Part shown: positions 17,217-26,438 of the stretch, in pieces
How the letters are laid out: every line of letters begins with the position of its first letter
Position numbering within the stretch: the first letter of the stretch is position 1
Source of the DNA: a bacterium
GTDB taxonomy: Bacteria; Patescibacteriota; Saccharimonadia; Saccharimonadales; UBA4665
Reading direction: 5' to 3'
Assembly: GCA_021850365.1 (NCBI GenBank)
Contig: JAJZMH010000021.1
Location: forward strand, 7,785-71,784
Length of the DNA: 64,000 bases
Made by a program: the position numbers and the translations under genes
Notes under the pieces: generated by a model
What the model saw: only the letters and a program-made list of their open reading frames with translations
Told to the model about the DNA's origin: nothing
The model's database searches: none

Positions 17217-18096
17217 GCGTTAAACAACAGCAACGAATTGATCCGCCACCTTTTTTTAACTCATTTAACTCTAGTTCAATTACTTTAAATCCATTATTTA
17301 TTAAATCATTTTTAAATTTAATAGTTCCTTTGTTTATAATCACAGACTGACCAGTTGATACTAAATTAAGGGCATAATTTTTTATACATTCTTTGTTAGT
17401 TACTTTAATTTTTCGAAAATTTGTTAAGGAGTTAATTATTTTTTTACTTTTTCTCGTGAAACGGGTAGGACAGTAGGCAATTATCGGCAAACTCTCTGTT
17501 GTTGAAGGTTTTAAAATTGCTAAGGCTAGGTCTAAATCATAACTAAAGCTATCGATTAAACCTGTAACCTTATTAATTTTTTTAGGACCTATCTTGAACC
17601 AACGTAGAGGTTTGGTTTGAAGACTAATAATTGTTTTATTTTTAAAAATCTCTTTTAAACACTGATGTGCATTTAAGGATGTACGATATGGAGATTGACA
17701 AAATAGATAGTCATCAACCGTCAAACAGTCTCCCTGACCACTAAAATATTGAACGATATCTGGTAAATCAATAATCTCTAGATTTAAATCTTCAAAAATT
17801 GAACGAGCATATTGCTCTTCGTTTTTTCTAGTATTTGGTAATTTTGATGGAACAACCTTGCCATCAATTACTGTTCCCCAGTTAGCAACATAAATTCCGT
17901 CCTGACATTTTTCTGGAGGTGAAACCTGAATAACATCTATACCAATATCTTTAAGAGTGCTAACCAGTAAATTGTGCTCTTTAATGGCCATAGAAGAATC
18001 AATGCTTTGAGCTGAACTCATAAGTGGGTTAATTAGATATTCATTATTAAAATAGTTAGCTCCTGAAACTAATATGCTTTTATTTATTAAATTCAT
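17209..18096 (-). CDS. Guanidino-group-modifying enzyme superfamily protein (amidinotransferase/DDAH/arginine deiminase-like)
   Basis: The C-terminal 'KKGGGSIRCCCLTL' resembles the catalytic-Cys motif of this superfamily. At 295 aa it is too short for canonical ArcA. Confidence 0.45.
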   Translation of the reverse strand: MNLINKSILVSGANYFNNEYLINPLMSSAQSIDSSMAIKEHNLLVSTLKDIGIDVIQVSPPEKCQDGIYVANWGTVIDGKVVPSKLPNTRKNEEQYARSIFEDLNLEIIDLPDIVQYFSGQGDCLTVDDYLFCQSPYRTSLNAHQCLKEIFKNKTIISLQTKPLRWFKIGPKKINKVTGLIDSFSYDLDLALAILKPSTTESLPIIAYCPTRFTRKSKKIINSLTNFRKIKVTNKECIKNYALNLVSTGQSVIINKGTIKFKNDLINNGFKVIELELNELKKGGGSIRCCCLTLK

Positions 18097-18159
18097 AACT
18101 AATAATTATACACTCTAGAAACTAAGAGCTTTTTAATTATTTAAGATGTTTAGGTACTA

Positions 18160-18189
18160 TTGACAGATTAATTAATGTTAATATATAGT
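18160..18189 (+). promoter_or_regulatory. Sigma70-like promoter of groES-groEL (TTGACA, then TATATA/TATAGT)
   Basis: TTGACA lies at 18160-18165. The -10 is either TATATA at 18182-18187 (16-nt spacer) or TATAGT at 18184-18189 (18-nt spacer). Confidence 0.5.
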
Positions 18190-18201
18190 TAATTCTGTAA
18201 A

Positions 18202-18228
18202 TTAGCACTCTTGGCTATAAAGTGCTAA
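18202..18228. promoter_or_regulatory. CIRCE operator (HrcA binding site)
   Basis: TTAGCACTC-N9-AAGTGCTAA differs from the consensus TTAGCACTC-N9-GAGTGCTAA by one mismatch. It sits between the promoter and the groES start. Confidence 0.85.
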
Positions 18229-18262
18229 TATAATCTATAAACTACAAGTATAAGGAGATATT

Positions 18263-18529
18263 ATGAGCGTAAATTTAGAACCGTTAGCTGACATCATTGT
18301 AGCTATAAACGAGGATAATAAAAGTACAACTACTTCAGGAATTTATTTACCTGAAGGATCTAAGGAAAAATCTAAAATTGCAAAAATTGTTGCTGTAGGT
18401 AAAGATGTTAAGTCTTTAAAGGTAGGAGATAAAATAGTATATAAGAGCTATAGCACAAATGAAGTAAAGCTTGATTCAACGGAGTATATATTAATTAAAG
18501 AAGAAGACATACTAGCTAAGGTTAAATAA
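18263..18529 (+). CDS. groES: Co-chaperonin GroES
   Basis: The 88-aa protein has 'TTTSGIYLPEGSKEK' (mobile loop). It lies immediately upstream of groEL and has an AAGGAG SD. Confidence 0.95.
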   Translation: MSVNLEPLADIIVAINEDNKSTTTSGIYLPEGSKEKSKIAKIVAVGKDVKSLKVGDKIVYKSYSTNEVKLDSTEYILIKEEDILAKVK

Positions 18530-18540
18530 GGAGGTAAAAA

Positions 18541-20184
18541 ATGAGTAATGCAATATTTTATGATGAAGAAGCCAGAAAAAAAGTATTAAAAGGTGCTGAA
18601 ATTCTTTATAACGCAGTTAAAACAACCATGGGTCCTAAAGGGAGAAATGTTATTATCGGTAAATCTTACGGAAGTCCTTCGGTTACTCATGATGGTGTAA
18701 CAGTAGCTAAAAGTGTTGAACTTCCAGAGGCAAATGATGAAACTCTAGGGTATAAGATAGGAGCAGAATTAATTAAACAAGCAGCATCTAAAATGAACGA
18801 TGTTGCTGGTGACGGTACCACAACTGTTACCGTTTTGACTTATCATATCTTAAACGAGGCCAATAAATTAATAGCTGCAGGACATAATCCTATGCAACTA
18901 CGCAAGGGCCTTGAAAAAGCATCTCAGGAAGTAATATCTAAATTAAACAGTTTAAGTGAAAATATTCAGGGTAATAAACAAAGAGTTTCAGAGGTTGCAA
19001 CTATTTCTGCAGGTGATCCAGAAATAGGAGAATTAATTGCTGATGTTATAGATAAAATTGGTAAAGACGGTGTTGTGACGGTAGAAGAAGGGCAGGGTCT
19101 TGCTCTAGAAAGTGAAGTTGTCGAAGGTTTTACTTTTGACCGAGGATTTATAAGTCCATACATGGTTACAGATACAGCCAGAATGGAAGCAGTTTACGAT
19201 AAGCCATCTATTATAATTACTGATAAAAAAGTATCTAATATTCAAGAGTTTTTACCTCTTTTAGAAAAGTTAGCTCAAGCAGGTAAAAAAGACTTAGTAT
19301 TAATTGCTGATGATGTTGAAGGAGAGGCGCTAACCACTCTTGTTCTTAACAGATTAAAAGGTGTTTTTAATACCGTAGCAATAAAAGCTCCTAAATTTGG
19401 AGATCAACGAAAAGATATTTTAAACGATATTGCCGTATTAACCGGAGCAAAGGTGATTTCTGAAGAATTAGGAATGACCTTTGAAAATGTTGAGCTTGAT
19501 GTTGTTGGATCTGCTAGAAAAATAATTGTAGGAAAAGAAGAAACAACTATTATAGAGGGCTCTGGAAAACAAAGTGAAGTTAATCAAAGAATATCTCAAA
19601 TCAAGGCCCAAATTGCCCAAACAACTAGTGATTACGATAAAGAAAACTTAGATAAGAGAAAAGCTGCTTTATCTGGAAAGGTAGCCGTAATTAAGGTTGG
19701 AGGGGCTACTGAGACAGAAATTGAAGAGAAAAAGTATAGAGTTGATGATGCTGTAGCGGCAGTTAAGGCGGCCCTTGATGAAGGAATTGTTCCTGGAGGT
19801 GGGATTACTCTTATTAATTTAGCTAAGAATGTATCTATTAAAGGCACAGATACTTTGTCTATTGGAGGACAGATTTTAATTAATGCCCTTGAACAACCAT
19901 TTAGAATTTTATTATCTAACGCCGGTCTGAATGCAGATGAATGGTTGCCAAAGATTAAAGAAGCAAAAGATGGATTCGGTATTAATGTGCTTTCACCATC
20001 AGAATTAGTTGATCTTAAAAAAGAGGGAATTATTGATCCGACCAGAGTTACCAAAGAAGCTCTATTAAATGCAGTTTCAATTGCTGCAACTGCTTCTACT
20101 ATGGGTGCTTTAGTTGTTGAGATTCCTAAAGAAGAGAAAACTCCTATTCCGGATATGAGTGGCGGAATGGGCGGTATGATGTAG
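18541..20184 (+). CDS. groL: Chaperonin GroEL
   Basis: It has 'AGDGTTTVTVL' and 'VVTVEEG', and ends in the GGM-repeat tail 'GGMGGMM'. Confidence 0.97.
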   Translation: MSNAIFYDEEARKKVLKGAEILYNAVKTTMGPKGRNVIIGKSYGSPSVTHDGVTVAKSVELPEANDETLGYKIGAELIKQAASKMNDVAGDGTTTVTVLTYHILNEANKLIAAGHNPMQLRKGLEKASQEVISKLNSLSENIQGNKQRVSEVATISAGDPEIGELIADVIDKIGKDGVVTVEEGQGLALESEVVEGFTFDRGFISPYMVTDTARMEAVYDKPSIIITDKKVSNIQEFLPLLEKLAQAGKKDLVLIADDVEGEALTTLVLNRLKGVFNTVAIKAPKFGDQRKDILNDIAVLTGAKVISEELGMTFENVELDVVGSARKIIVGKEETTIIEGSGKQSEVNQRISQIKAQIAQTTSDYDKENLDKRKAALSGKVAVIKVGGATETEIEEKKYRVDDAVAAVKAALDEGIVPGGGITLINLAKNVSIKGTDTLSIGGQILINALEQPFRILLSNAGLNADEWLPKIKEAKDGFGINVLSPSELVDLKKEGIIDPTRVTKEALLNAVSIAATASTMGALVVEIPKEEKTPIPDMSGGMGGMM

Positions 20185-20192
20185 AAGATCTA

Positions 20193-20615
20193 TTACTCTG
20201 ATTCTTCGGCACTATCTATTTGAGAGAAGTAATTGACTTCATTAACAATATCTAACAAAGCCTGTGCTTTCTCTTTTTTGTCATCTATCTGTTTTGAGGC
20301 TTCATAGGCCTTAGTTATTAAGCTAGGATCATCGCTTGCTTGGATAATCATAATTAATGTTTTAAATTTTTCTTCAGGGGTTAGTTCTAGTTGATCAACT
20401 AGTGGTCGAAGTTCGTGTAAAGCATTCTTTTTTATCTCTTTTAGTGAAGAACTATTTGGTGCTGAAGCTGTAGGTGTTACAGGATTCAAGTTTAGTGCAG
20501 AAGGTTTAAAACTTTGATCTTGATGAGAATTTTGAATAGGTGGTTCATCAATTTTCGGAGGACTTCCTAATCCTGCAATACCTTGAGATTGATCGTTTTG
20601 ATTATTATCTTGCAT
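20193..20615 (-). CDS. Hypothetical protein (low-complexity Gln/Pro-rich N-terminus, helical C-terminus)
   Basis: I preferred the ATG at 20615 (GGGGGTGGGA upstream) over the TTG at 20627. No motif was recognised. Confidence 0.3.
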   Translation of the reverse strand: MQDNNQNDQSQGIAGLGSPPKIDEPPIQNSHQDQSFKPSALNLNPVTPTASAPNSSSLKEIKKNALHELRPLVDQLELTPEEKFKTLIMIIQASDDPSLITKAYEASKQIDDKKEKAQALLDIVNEVNYFSQIDSAEESE

Positions 20616-20708
20616 TCCCACCCCCAATTATTAAACATTTAAAATATATGCTTAAGAATATAATATTATCTTTAATTGGTAAAGATGAATTTATTTTTTA
20701 TAATATAG

Positions 20709-21740
20709 GTGATGCTAGACGATTTAAAATATATTAACCATAAAGATCCAAAAGATACGTTATATATCGCTCAAAATTTGGATCAACAACTTACTTATGA
20801 TTTTAACAAAGAACTAAGATTAAAAATTGATGAATTTGATAAGATTGTTTACGTCGGTATGGGAGGTTCTGCTTTAGCTGGTTTGTTAAGCCAGTCATGG
20901 CCAGGATATGATATCCCATTTGAATTATCCAGATCTTATTCGTTGCCAAAGTATGTAGATAATAAATGTTTATTAATCATAAGTAGTTATTCCGGAAATA
21001 CAGAAGAGGTGATTAGTGCATTTAAAGAAGGGATTAACAAAAGTGCCCAAATAATTGTCATTACATCTGGCGGTCAGCTAGAAGATTTAGCAAGAAAAAA
21101 CAATTGTAATTTATATAAAGTACCATCAGGATATCAACCAAGATATGCTGTGTTTTATAACTTCAAAATTTTAATTGATATTTTTTTACAACTTAAGTTC
21201 TTATCTGAAGAACAGCAAGCTATTTTTAGGCAATGCCCAGAATTTGTTAAAAAAATTACTTCTAATTTTATCCCAACCATCCCAACTTCAAGTAACATTG
21301 CTAAACAAATAGCTCAAGAAGCAAGCGGTAAGTCGGTAGTGATTTATGCCGGGCCAAAGTTATTTCCAGCGGCATATAAATGGAAAATAAGTTTTAATGA
21401 GAATGCTAAACAGGTCGCATGGTGTAATCAATTATCTGAATTTAATCATAACGAATTTATCGGTTGGTCCAATCAGCCTCCCTTGAAGCCTTATTACATA
21501 GTAGAGCTACTTAGTAACTTAGAAGATCCTAGGATTCAGGCTAGATTTGAGCTCAGCAACAGACTATTATCTGGTTTATGGCCATCACCTCGGCTTATTG
21601 ATCTAGAAGGAGAAAATTTACTTAATCAATTACTATACGCTATTGTTTTAGGTGATTTTGTTTCTCTTTACACCGCAATTTTAAATGGCATAAACCCAGA
21701 ACCAGTTGATTTAATTGAAAAGTTTAAAGCTAACCTCTAA
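20709..21740 (+). CDS. Bifunctional phosphoglucose/phosphomannose isomerase (SIS family)
   Basis: It has 'GMGGSALAG', 'SSYSGNTEE' and 'NIAKQIAQEASGKSVVIYAG'. The ~340-aa length is typical of the archaeal/CPR PGI-PMI type. Confidence 0.7.
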   Translation: MMLDDLKYINHKDPKDTLYIAQNLDQQLTYDFNKELRLKIDEFDKIVYVGMGGSALAGLLSQSWPGYDIPFELSRSYSLPKYVDNKCLLIISSYSGNTEEVISAFKEGINKSAQIIVITSGGQLEDLARKNNCNLYKVPSGYQPRYAVFYNFKILIDIFLQLKFLSEEQQAIFRQCPEFVKKITSNFIPTIPTSSNIAKQIAQEASGKSVVIYAGPKLFPAAYKWKISFNENAKQVAWCNQLSEFNHNEFIGWSNQPPLKPYYIVELLSNLEDPRIQARFELSNRLLSGLWPSPRLIDLEGENLLNQLLYAIVLGDFVSLYTAILNGINPEPVDLIEKFKANL

Positions 21741-21742
21741 AA

Positions 21743-22432
21743 ATGAACTTTATTACAAACTTAATCTTCAAGAAGTTTTTATATGCTTTGATTTTATTTT
21801 CAATTCTAGTTAGCTTATTATTGGTTTTTACTTCGATCTATTTTAAATATACTGGTCTTTATTATCTCATTTGGAATTTGTTTTTAGCCTGGATACCAAT
21901 AGTTTTAGTATATATTTTGATTAGTTATTTAAAAAATCATGCCTGGTCATCTTGGTTGGGAATTATTATCACATTTTTTTGGTTGGTTTTTTTACCAAAT
22001 AGTTTTTATATGATAACAGATTATATTCACCTACTTGACGTACCCCTAAATACTGTTCTTTATTTCGCGATTAGTTTTACTGGGATTATTTTTAATGCAA
22101 CTCTTTTAGGGTTTTTAAGTGTTTATTTTATTCATCAAGAACTTAAAAAAAGGGTAAGCCGTTTTTATGCTGATTTTTGTTTAGTACTAATATTTCTAGC
22201 TTCTGGATACGCTGTTTATATTGGACGAATCCTAAGATGGAATACTTGGGATATTATCCTAAATCCTGGTGGCTTAATTTTTGACATAAGTAATCAATTT
22301 CTAAAACTTAATGATTTAGCTTCTGCAACAATAACTACTCTTATGATTTTTACTTTACTTACAGGTTTATATATTATTTTATATAACGGTATTAGATTTT
22401 TATTATTAGATCTTAATAAACGAAATAATTAA
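21743..22432 (+). CDS. DUF1361-family membrane protein
   Basis: 'NLFLAWIP', 'PNSFYMITDYIHL' and 'RWNTWD' match my recollection of DUF1361 signatures. Confidence 0.5.
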   Translation: MNFITNLIFKKFLYALILFSILVSLLLVFTSIYFKYTGLYYLIWNLFLAWIPIVLVYILISYLKNHAWSSWLGIIITFFWLVFLPNSFYMITDYIHLLDVPLNTVLYFAISFTGIIFNATLLGFLSVYFIHQELKKRVSRFYADFCLVLIFLASGYAVYIGRILRWNTWDIILNPGGLIFDISNQFLKLNDLASATITTLMIFTLLTGLYIILYNGIRFLLLDLNKRNN

Positions 22433-24096
22433 TGGAACAACTTAAGAAGATATTAGAACGAGCCCTAAAAGAGTTATACGATCTGAAGATAGAGCTTAAT
22501 TTTAATAGACCCAATTATTCTTTTGGTGATTATTGTTCCAATTGTTCTTTTATCATTTCTAAAAAAATAAATAAGACTCCAAATGAAATTGCAATACAAA
22601 TCAAAGACTATATAGATTCTCAAAAAAATAACATTATTTTAAGTACAGAAGTTTTAAATGGTTTTATAAATTTTAGATTATCGGACGAAATTCTTATAAA
22701 TAACCTAAAACAAGAAAAAAAATATTTTCTAAATGACCAAAATATAGTAATTGAATACTCTGATCCGAACCCTTTTAAAATGCTTCATGCCGGACATCTT
22801 TATACAAGTATAGTTGGGGATTCAATTGCAAATATGTTAAGTTTTGTGGGAGCAAGAGTGTCACGAGTTAATTTTGGTGGAGATGTTGGATTACACGTTG
22901 CTAAAAATATATGGGCGATGCTTGAATATCTGAAAGGAGAAAATCCAGATAAACTTGATACTATTGCTCAAAACAAACGCCAGGAGTGGTTAAATGACAG
23001 ATATTTAGAAGGAAATAAAGCATTTGAAGACAATCCACAATCTAATCTAGAAATTAAAAATTTAAATAAAAAAATTTACGATATAGTTTTAAACAATGAT
23101 AAAACCAGTAATTTAGCCAAGATTTTTTTTATCACCAGAGAATGGAGCTATCAATATTTAAAAGATTTTTATCTAAAGTTAAATATAACTTTTGATAAGT
23201 TTTATCCAGAAAGTGAAGTTACTGAGCTTGGACTTGAAACAGTCCGAAAACATATTCCAGAAGTATATACCAAAAGCGATAACGCAATTATATTTGATGG
23301 TGAAAGATATAATCTTAAGACCTATGTTTATATCACTTCCGAAGGCCTACCTACATATTCAGCAAAAGATGTTGGTTTAATTCTTAAGAAGTATCAGGAT
23401 TATAATTTTGATCAATCAATAATAATAACTGCAAATGATCAAGTAGATTATTTAAAAAATGTCTTAAAGAGTGTTCAACAGTTTGAACCTGAACTAGCTA
23501 ACAAGACTAAACATTTATCTCATGGTTTAGTTAAATTAAGTACAGGCCATAAAATGAGTAGTAGAACGGGGCAGGCTTTAAGTGCTCAAGATGTGCTAGA
23601 TTATGCCTATAATGAAGAGTTTAAAATATCCGATAAAGTAGATCCTAAGATATATATCTCAGCTATTAAATATTCGTTTTTAAAACAAAAAATGGGTGGG
23701 GATATTATTTACAATCCTAAAGAAGCAGTTGCCATTGAAGGTAATAGTGGACCCTATATTCAGTATTCATTCGTTCGGGCCAATAAGATTATTGAAAAAT
23801 CTAATTTTACTAATGAAATTAAATCTTCTTCTTCGTTAGATAAAGACGAAAGACACCTAGTTTATAAAATAAGCGAGTTTTATGAGGTATTAGATAAATC
23901 AATAAATGAATTAAGTACTCACCATATCTGTATATTTTTGCATGAACTAGCTCAAATGTTTAATAGTTTTTATGAATCTACCCCTATACTTGGATCGTCT
24001 AGGGAGGAGATTAGGGTTGCTATTTTAATAGAATACAGACGAATCTTCAGAAATTGTTTTAAAATATTAGGGTTAGAAGAAATTAATTTTATGTGA
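22432..24096 (+). CDS. argS: Arginine--tRNA ligase
   Basis: It has 'SDPNPFKMLHAGHL' (HIGH) and 'KMSSRTG', and ends in a C-terminal Met followed by a TGA stop. Confidence 0.93.
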   Translation: MEQLKKILERALKELYDLKIELNFNRPNYSFGDYCSNCSFIISKKINKTPNEIAIQIKDYIDSQKNNIILSTEVLNGFINFRLSDEILINNLKQEKKYFLNDQNIVIEYSDPNPFKMLHAGHLYTSIVGDSIANMLSFVGARVSRVNFGGDVGLHVAKNIWAMLEYLKGENPDKLDTIAQNKRQEWLNDRYLEGNKAFEDNPQSNLEIKNLNKKIYDIVLNNDKTSNLAKIFFITREWSYQYLKDFYLKLNITFDKFYPESEVTELGLETVRKHIPEVYTKSDNAIIFDGERYNLKTYVYITSEGLPTYSAKDVGLILKKYQDYNFDQSIIITANDQVDYLKNVLKSVQQFEPELANKTKHLSHGLVKLSTGHKMSSRTGQALSAQDVLDYAYNEEFKISDKVDPKIYISAIKYSFLKQKMGGDIIYNPKEAVAIEGNSGPYIQYSFVRANKIIEKSNFTNEIKSSSSLDKDERHLVYKISEFYEVLDKSINELSTHHICIFLHELAQMFNSFYESTPILGSSREEIRVAILIEYRRIFRNCFKILGLEEINFM

Positions 24097-24103
24097 GGTA
24101 AAT

Positions 24104-24541
24104 ATGTTAGCCAAAAAAGAAGATTATAGAAAGGTAAATACATTGAATATGAGAATGCAAACACCTAATACTAAACATAGAAGAAAAAATACCAACATTA
24201 TAAATCCTAAAAATGTTGTACAAGGAGAATTTGTAAGTGGTTTCTTAGACTTTATGAGAAATCACGCGGTGGTTAGTTTAGCGGTTGGTTTTGTTATTGC
24301 TACTCAAGTACAAGCTCTTGTTAAACAAATGGTAGATAGTTTTATAACTCCAACGGCTCAATTCTTTTTTAAAAATGCTTTGGTTAACGATAATTTGACA
24401 ATTCATTTACAGGGAAGAAATGTAGTATATGATTGGGGTATATTTGTAAATGATTTTATTAATTTTCTATTTGTACTTTTGGCCATATATTTAATTATCA
24501 AGATATTTAAACTTGAAAAACTTAATAAATCAAAAGATTAA
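24104..24541 (+). CDS. mscL: Large-conductance mechanosensitive channel MscL with ~40-aa basic N-terminal extension
   Basis: 'FLDFMRNHAVVSLAVGFVIATQ' is the MscL TM1 signature. A GAGG SD lies 6 nt before the ATG at 24104. Confidence 0.8.
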   Translation: MLAKKEDYRKVNTLNMRMQTPNTKHRRKNTNIINPKNVVQGEFVSGFLDFMRNHAVVSLAVGFVIATQVQALVKQMVDSFITPTAQFFFKNALVNDNLTIHLQGRNVVYDWGIFVNDFINFLFVLLAIYLIIKIFKLEKLNKSKD

Positions 24542-24861
24542 TTATAGTATTTGTTGCCCCATTCAGACATTTTTTCAATAACCGGTATTAGATCTAAGCC
24601 CTTTTTAGTTAATTGATAAATGTGGGTTATTGGATTATTTGGGTTTTTTGTTTTTATAATTATTTTAGATTTCTCTAATTGAGCTAATCTTCTAGAAAGT
24701 ATTCTTGGGTTTATAGAATTAACTTCTTTTTCAATTTCACAATATCTTTTCGGGCCCTTTTCTAGACCGATTAAAATAAGTGCTGTCCATTTATTACAAA
24801 TTATCTCCATTGCATTTGCGAGATATTCGTTTTTTAAATCAATAACTGATAAATTTTTCAT
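24538..24861 (-). CDS. HxlR-family transcriptional regulator
   Basis: It has 'CNKWTALILIGLEKGPKRYCEIEKEV...INPRILSRRLAQLEKSKII' and is divergent from an FMN reductase gene, a typical pairing. Confidence 0.8.
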   Translation of the reverse strand: MKNLSVIDLKNEYLANAMEIICNKWTALILIGLEKGPKRYCEIEKEVNSINPRILSRRLAQLEKSKIIIKTKNPNNPITHIYQLTKKGLDLIPVIEKMSEWGNKYYN

Positions 24862-24893
24862 AATTTACTTTACAATGTATAGTAATATTCATA

Positions 24894-24907
24894 TACTATT
24901 TATAGTA
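24894..24907. promoter_or_regulatory. Candidate HxlR operator: perfect palindrome TACTAT-TT-ATAGTA
   Basis: It lies in the divergent HxlR/FMN-reductase intergenic region. A third ATAGTA half-site is at 24879-24884. Confidence 0.3.
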
Positions 24908-24938
24908 TAAATAAAGCATATTTTAAAAAGGAGATCAA

Positions 24939-25520
24939 ATGAAGGTAGGAATATTAATAGGATCGATTCGTAAACAAAGGGTATCGGACAGACTTGCAAA
25001 GTGGGTATTAAACGAAGTTAAAAACATTGATGGATCTGCGGGGACCATTATAGATTTAGTTGACTTTAATTTACCATTATTCGATGAAGAAGTTTCTCCT
25101 CAATTTAATCCAAAAAGAAATATTAACCCAGAAGCTCGAAGATTATTAGATATTGTTGCTAATCAAGATGCCCTTGTAGTTGTTACTCCAGAATATAACA
25201 GATCATATTCATCTGCATTAAAAAATGCTCTCGATTATTTGGATTTTCAAATTGAAAAGAAGCCAGTCTTGTTGGTAGCCCATGGATCAACAGGTGGAGC
25301 TCAAGCAGTAGCTCATTTAAGAGGTGTCTTTCCGGGATTGTTAGCAATTACTGTCCCAAGAGCAATTATGATTCCGAGACGAATTGGAGAAATATTTAAC
25401 GAAGATGGTTTTTTGAATGATCCTACGAAGGACGAACCTTATGGATTACAGACAAATCTAAAAACCGCATTATCTGATTTAAAGTGGTATAGCGATGCTT
25501 TATTCGGGTCACGAAAATAA
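24939..25520 (+). CDS. NAD(P)H-dependent FMN reductase family protein
   Basis: It has 'IGSIRKQRVS' and 'VTPEYNRSYSSALKNALDYL'. Confidence 0.8.
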   Translation: MKVGILIGSIRKQRVSDRLAKWVLNEVKNIDGSAGTIIDLVDFNLPLFDEEVSPQFNPKRNINPEARRLLDIVANQDALVVVTPEYNRSYSSALKNALDYLDFQIEKKPVLLVAHGSTGGAQAVAHLRGVFPGLLAITVPRAIMIPRRIGEIFNEDGFLNDPTKDEPYGLQTNLKTALSDLKWYSDALFGSRK

Positions 25521-25564
25521 ACTTCTTGTTGCATAAAAGAAAGAAGTAATATACTTTATTTGAA

Positions 25565-26116
25565 ATGAATAAAGAACTAAACAATGAGGCATTCCTGTTA
25601 TGGGTTGATCTTGAAATGACTGGACTAGATCCCAAAAAAGATCTATTGCTTGAAGTCGCTGCAGAATTAACAGATTTTAATTTTCAAACAATTAAAAGTT
25701 ATGAATCTAATATCCTTCAACCCAAAGAAAAGGTAATTAAATTGATGTCGGCTAATTCATGGTGGCAAGAATATCCGCAAAATAGGGACAGTTTTTTAAA
25801 TAATTTAAGTTCTGCTAAAAAAATTGATGATGTACAAAAGGATCTTCTTAAATTGATTGATGATTTGGGTCAATCCACAATCTATTTAGCTGGAAATAGC
25901 ATTCACTCTGACCGAAAATTTATAAGCAAATATTTTCCAGAACTAGATATAAAACTACATTATAGAATGCTTGATGTAAGTTCATTTAAAATTTTATTCC
26001 AGGAGAAATATGGAATAGTCTTTGAAAAAAACAGTGTTCATCGAGCATTTGATGATATTCAGGCATCAATTGCTGAAATGCAGCATTATTTAGAACATTT
26101 TAGAACAAATGAATAA
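25565..26116 (+). CDS. orn: Oligoribonuclease
   Basis: DEDDh exonuclease motifs are present: 'LLWVDLEMTGLD', 'GNSIHSDRKFI' and 'HRAFDDIQASIAEM'. Confidence 0.85.
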   Translation: MNKELNNEAFLLWVDLEMTGLDPKKDLLLEVAAELTDFNFQTIKSYESNILQPKEKVIKLMSANSWWQEYPQNRDSFLNNLSSAKKIDDVQKDLLKLIDDLGQSTIYLAGNSIHSDRKFISKYFPELDIKLHYRMLDVSSFKILFQEKYGIVFEKNSVHRAFDDIQASIAEMQHYLEHFRTNE

Positions 26117-26438
26117 CGAAGAAGAAATATTAAATTATATTTTATCCCTTAAAGATGTTCAGAGAAAAGAAATGTCCGTTGGTGAAGATATCTTCTATAT
26201 TAATCAAGAACCTTTTGTAATATTTAACATAAAAAAAGACCCTATCAAGATAAGTATTCGCTGTGATAAACAATTGGTGAAACTATTAACTCAAAAATAT
26301 GATGAAGTAATGCCAGGTACAGGACTTAATCCTACTCAATGGATTACAGTTGTTAGAACAGGACAATTAACTGACCAAGAAATTATTGATCTGATTTCCG
26401 GAGGTTATCAGGAAGCTATTAAGATTTCGGAGAATTAA
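26109..26438 (+). CDS. Possible MmcQ/YjbR-family protein
   Basis: The call rests on its ~110-aa size and weak pattern similarity only. Confidence 0.3.
   Translation: MNNEEEILNYILSLKDVQRKEMSVGEDIFYINQEPFVIFNIKKDPIKISIRCDKQLVKLLTQKYDEVMPGTGLNPTQWITVVRTGQLTDQEIIDLISGGYQEAIKISEN

Noticed and set aside
19632-20054. A 140-aa antisense ORF inside groEL, plus similar nested antisense ORFs. These are 431-661, 3875-4066, 7530-7736, 13498-13695, 13826-14011, 14324-14512, 18966-19163, 23192-23380 (same strand, different frame), 27163-27501, 37960-38160 (same strand, different frame), 40083-40367, 40419-40625, 41361-41603, 43335-43523, 43560-43802, 52449-52652, 58714-58947 and 60499-60684.
   Set aside because: Each is fully contained in a well-supported conserved gene, either on the opposite strand or in another frame. 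They have low-complexity or odd composition and no start context, so they are treated as chance ORFs.
24094-24096. The possibility that this CPR genome uses an alternative code with UGA as a sense codon.
   Set aside because: TGA terminates argS exactly after its usual C-terminal Met. It also ends pilin paralogues 2 and 5 and the XRE-HAD gene at sensible lengths. No conserved gene appears truncated at an in-frame TGA, so standard code 11 fits.
25423-25635. Small ORFs spanning gene ends and intergenic DNA: 25423-25635, 8065-8328, 20540-20737, 23970-24164, 36684-36911, 39060-39287 and 39536-39739.
   Set aside because: They overlap the ends of confident genes or promoter regions. They have no SD and no recognisable domain, and their composition is AT-driven Ile/Leu/Phe/Lys-rich. 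They are most likely non-coding.
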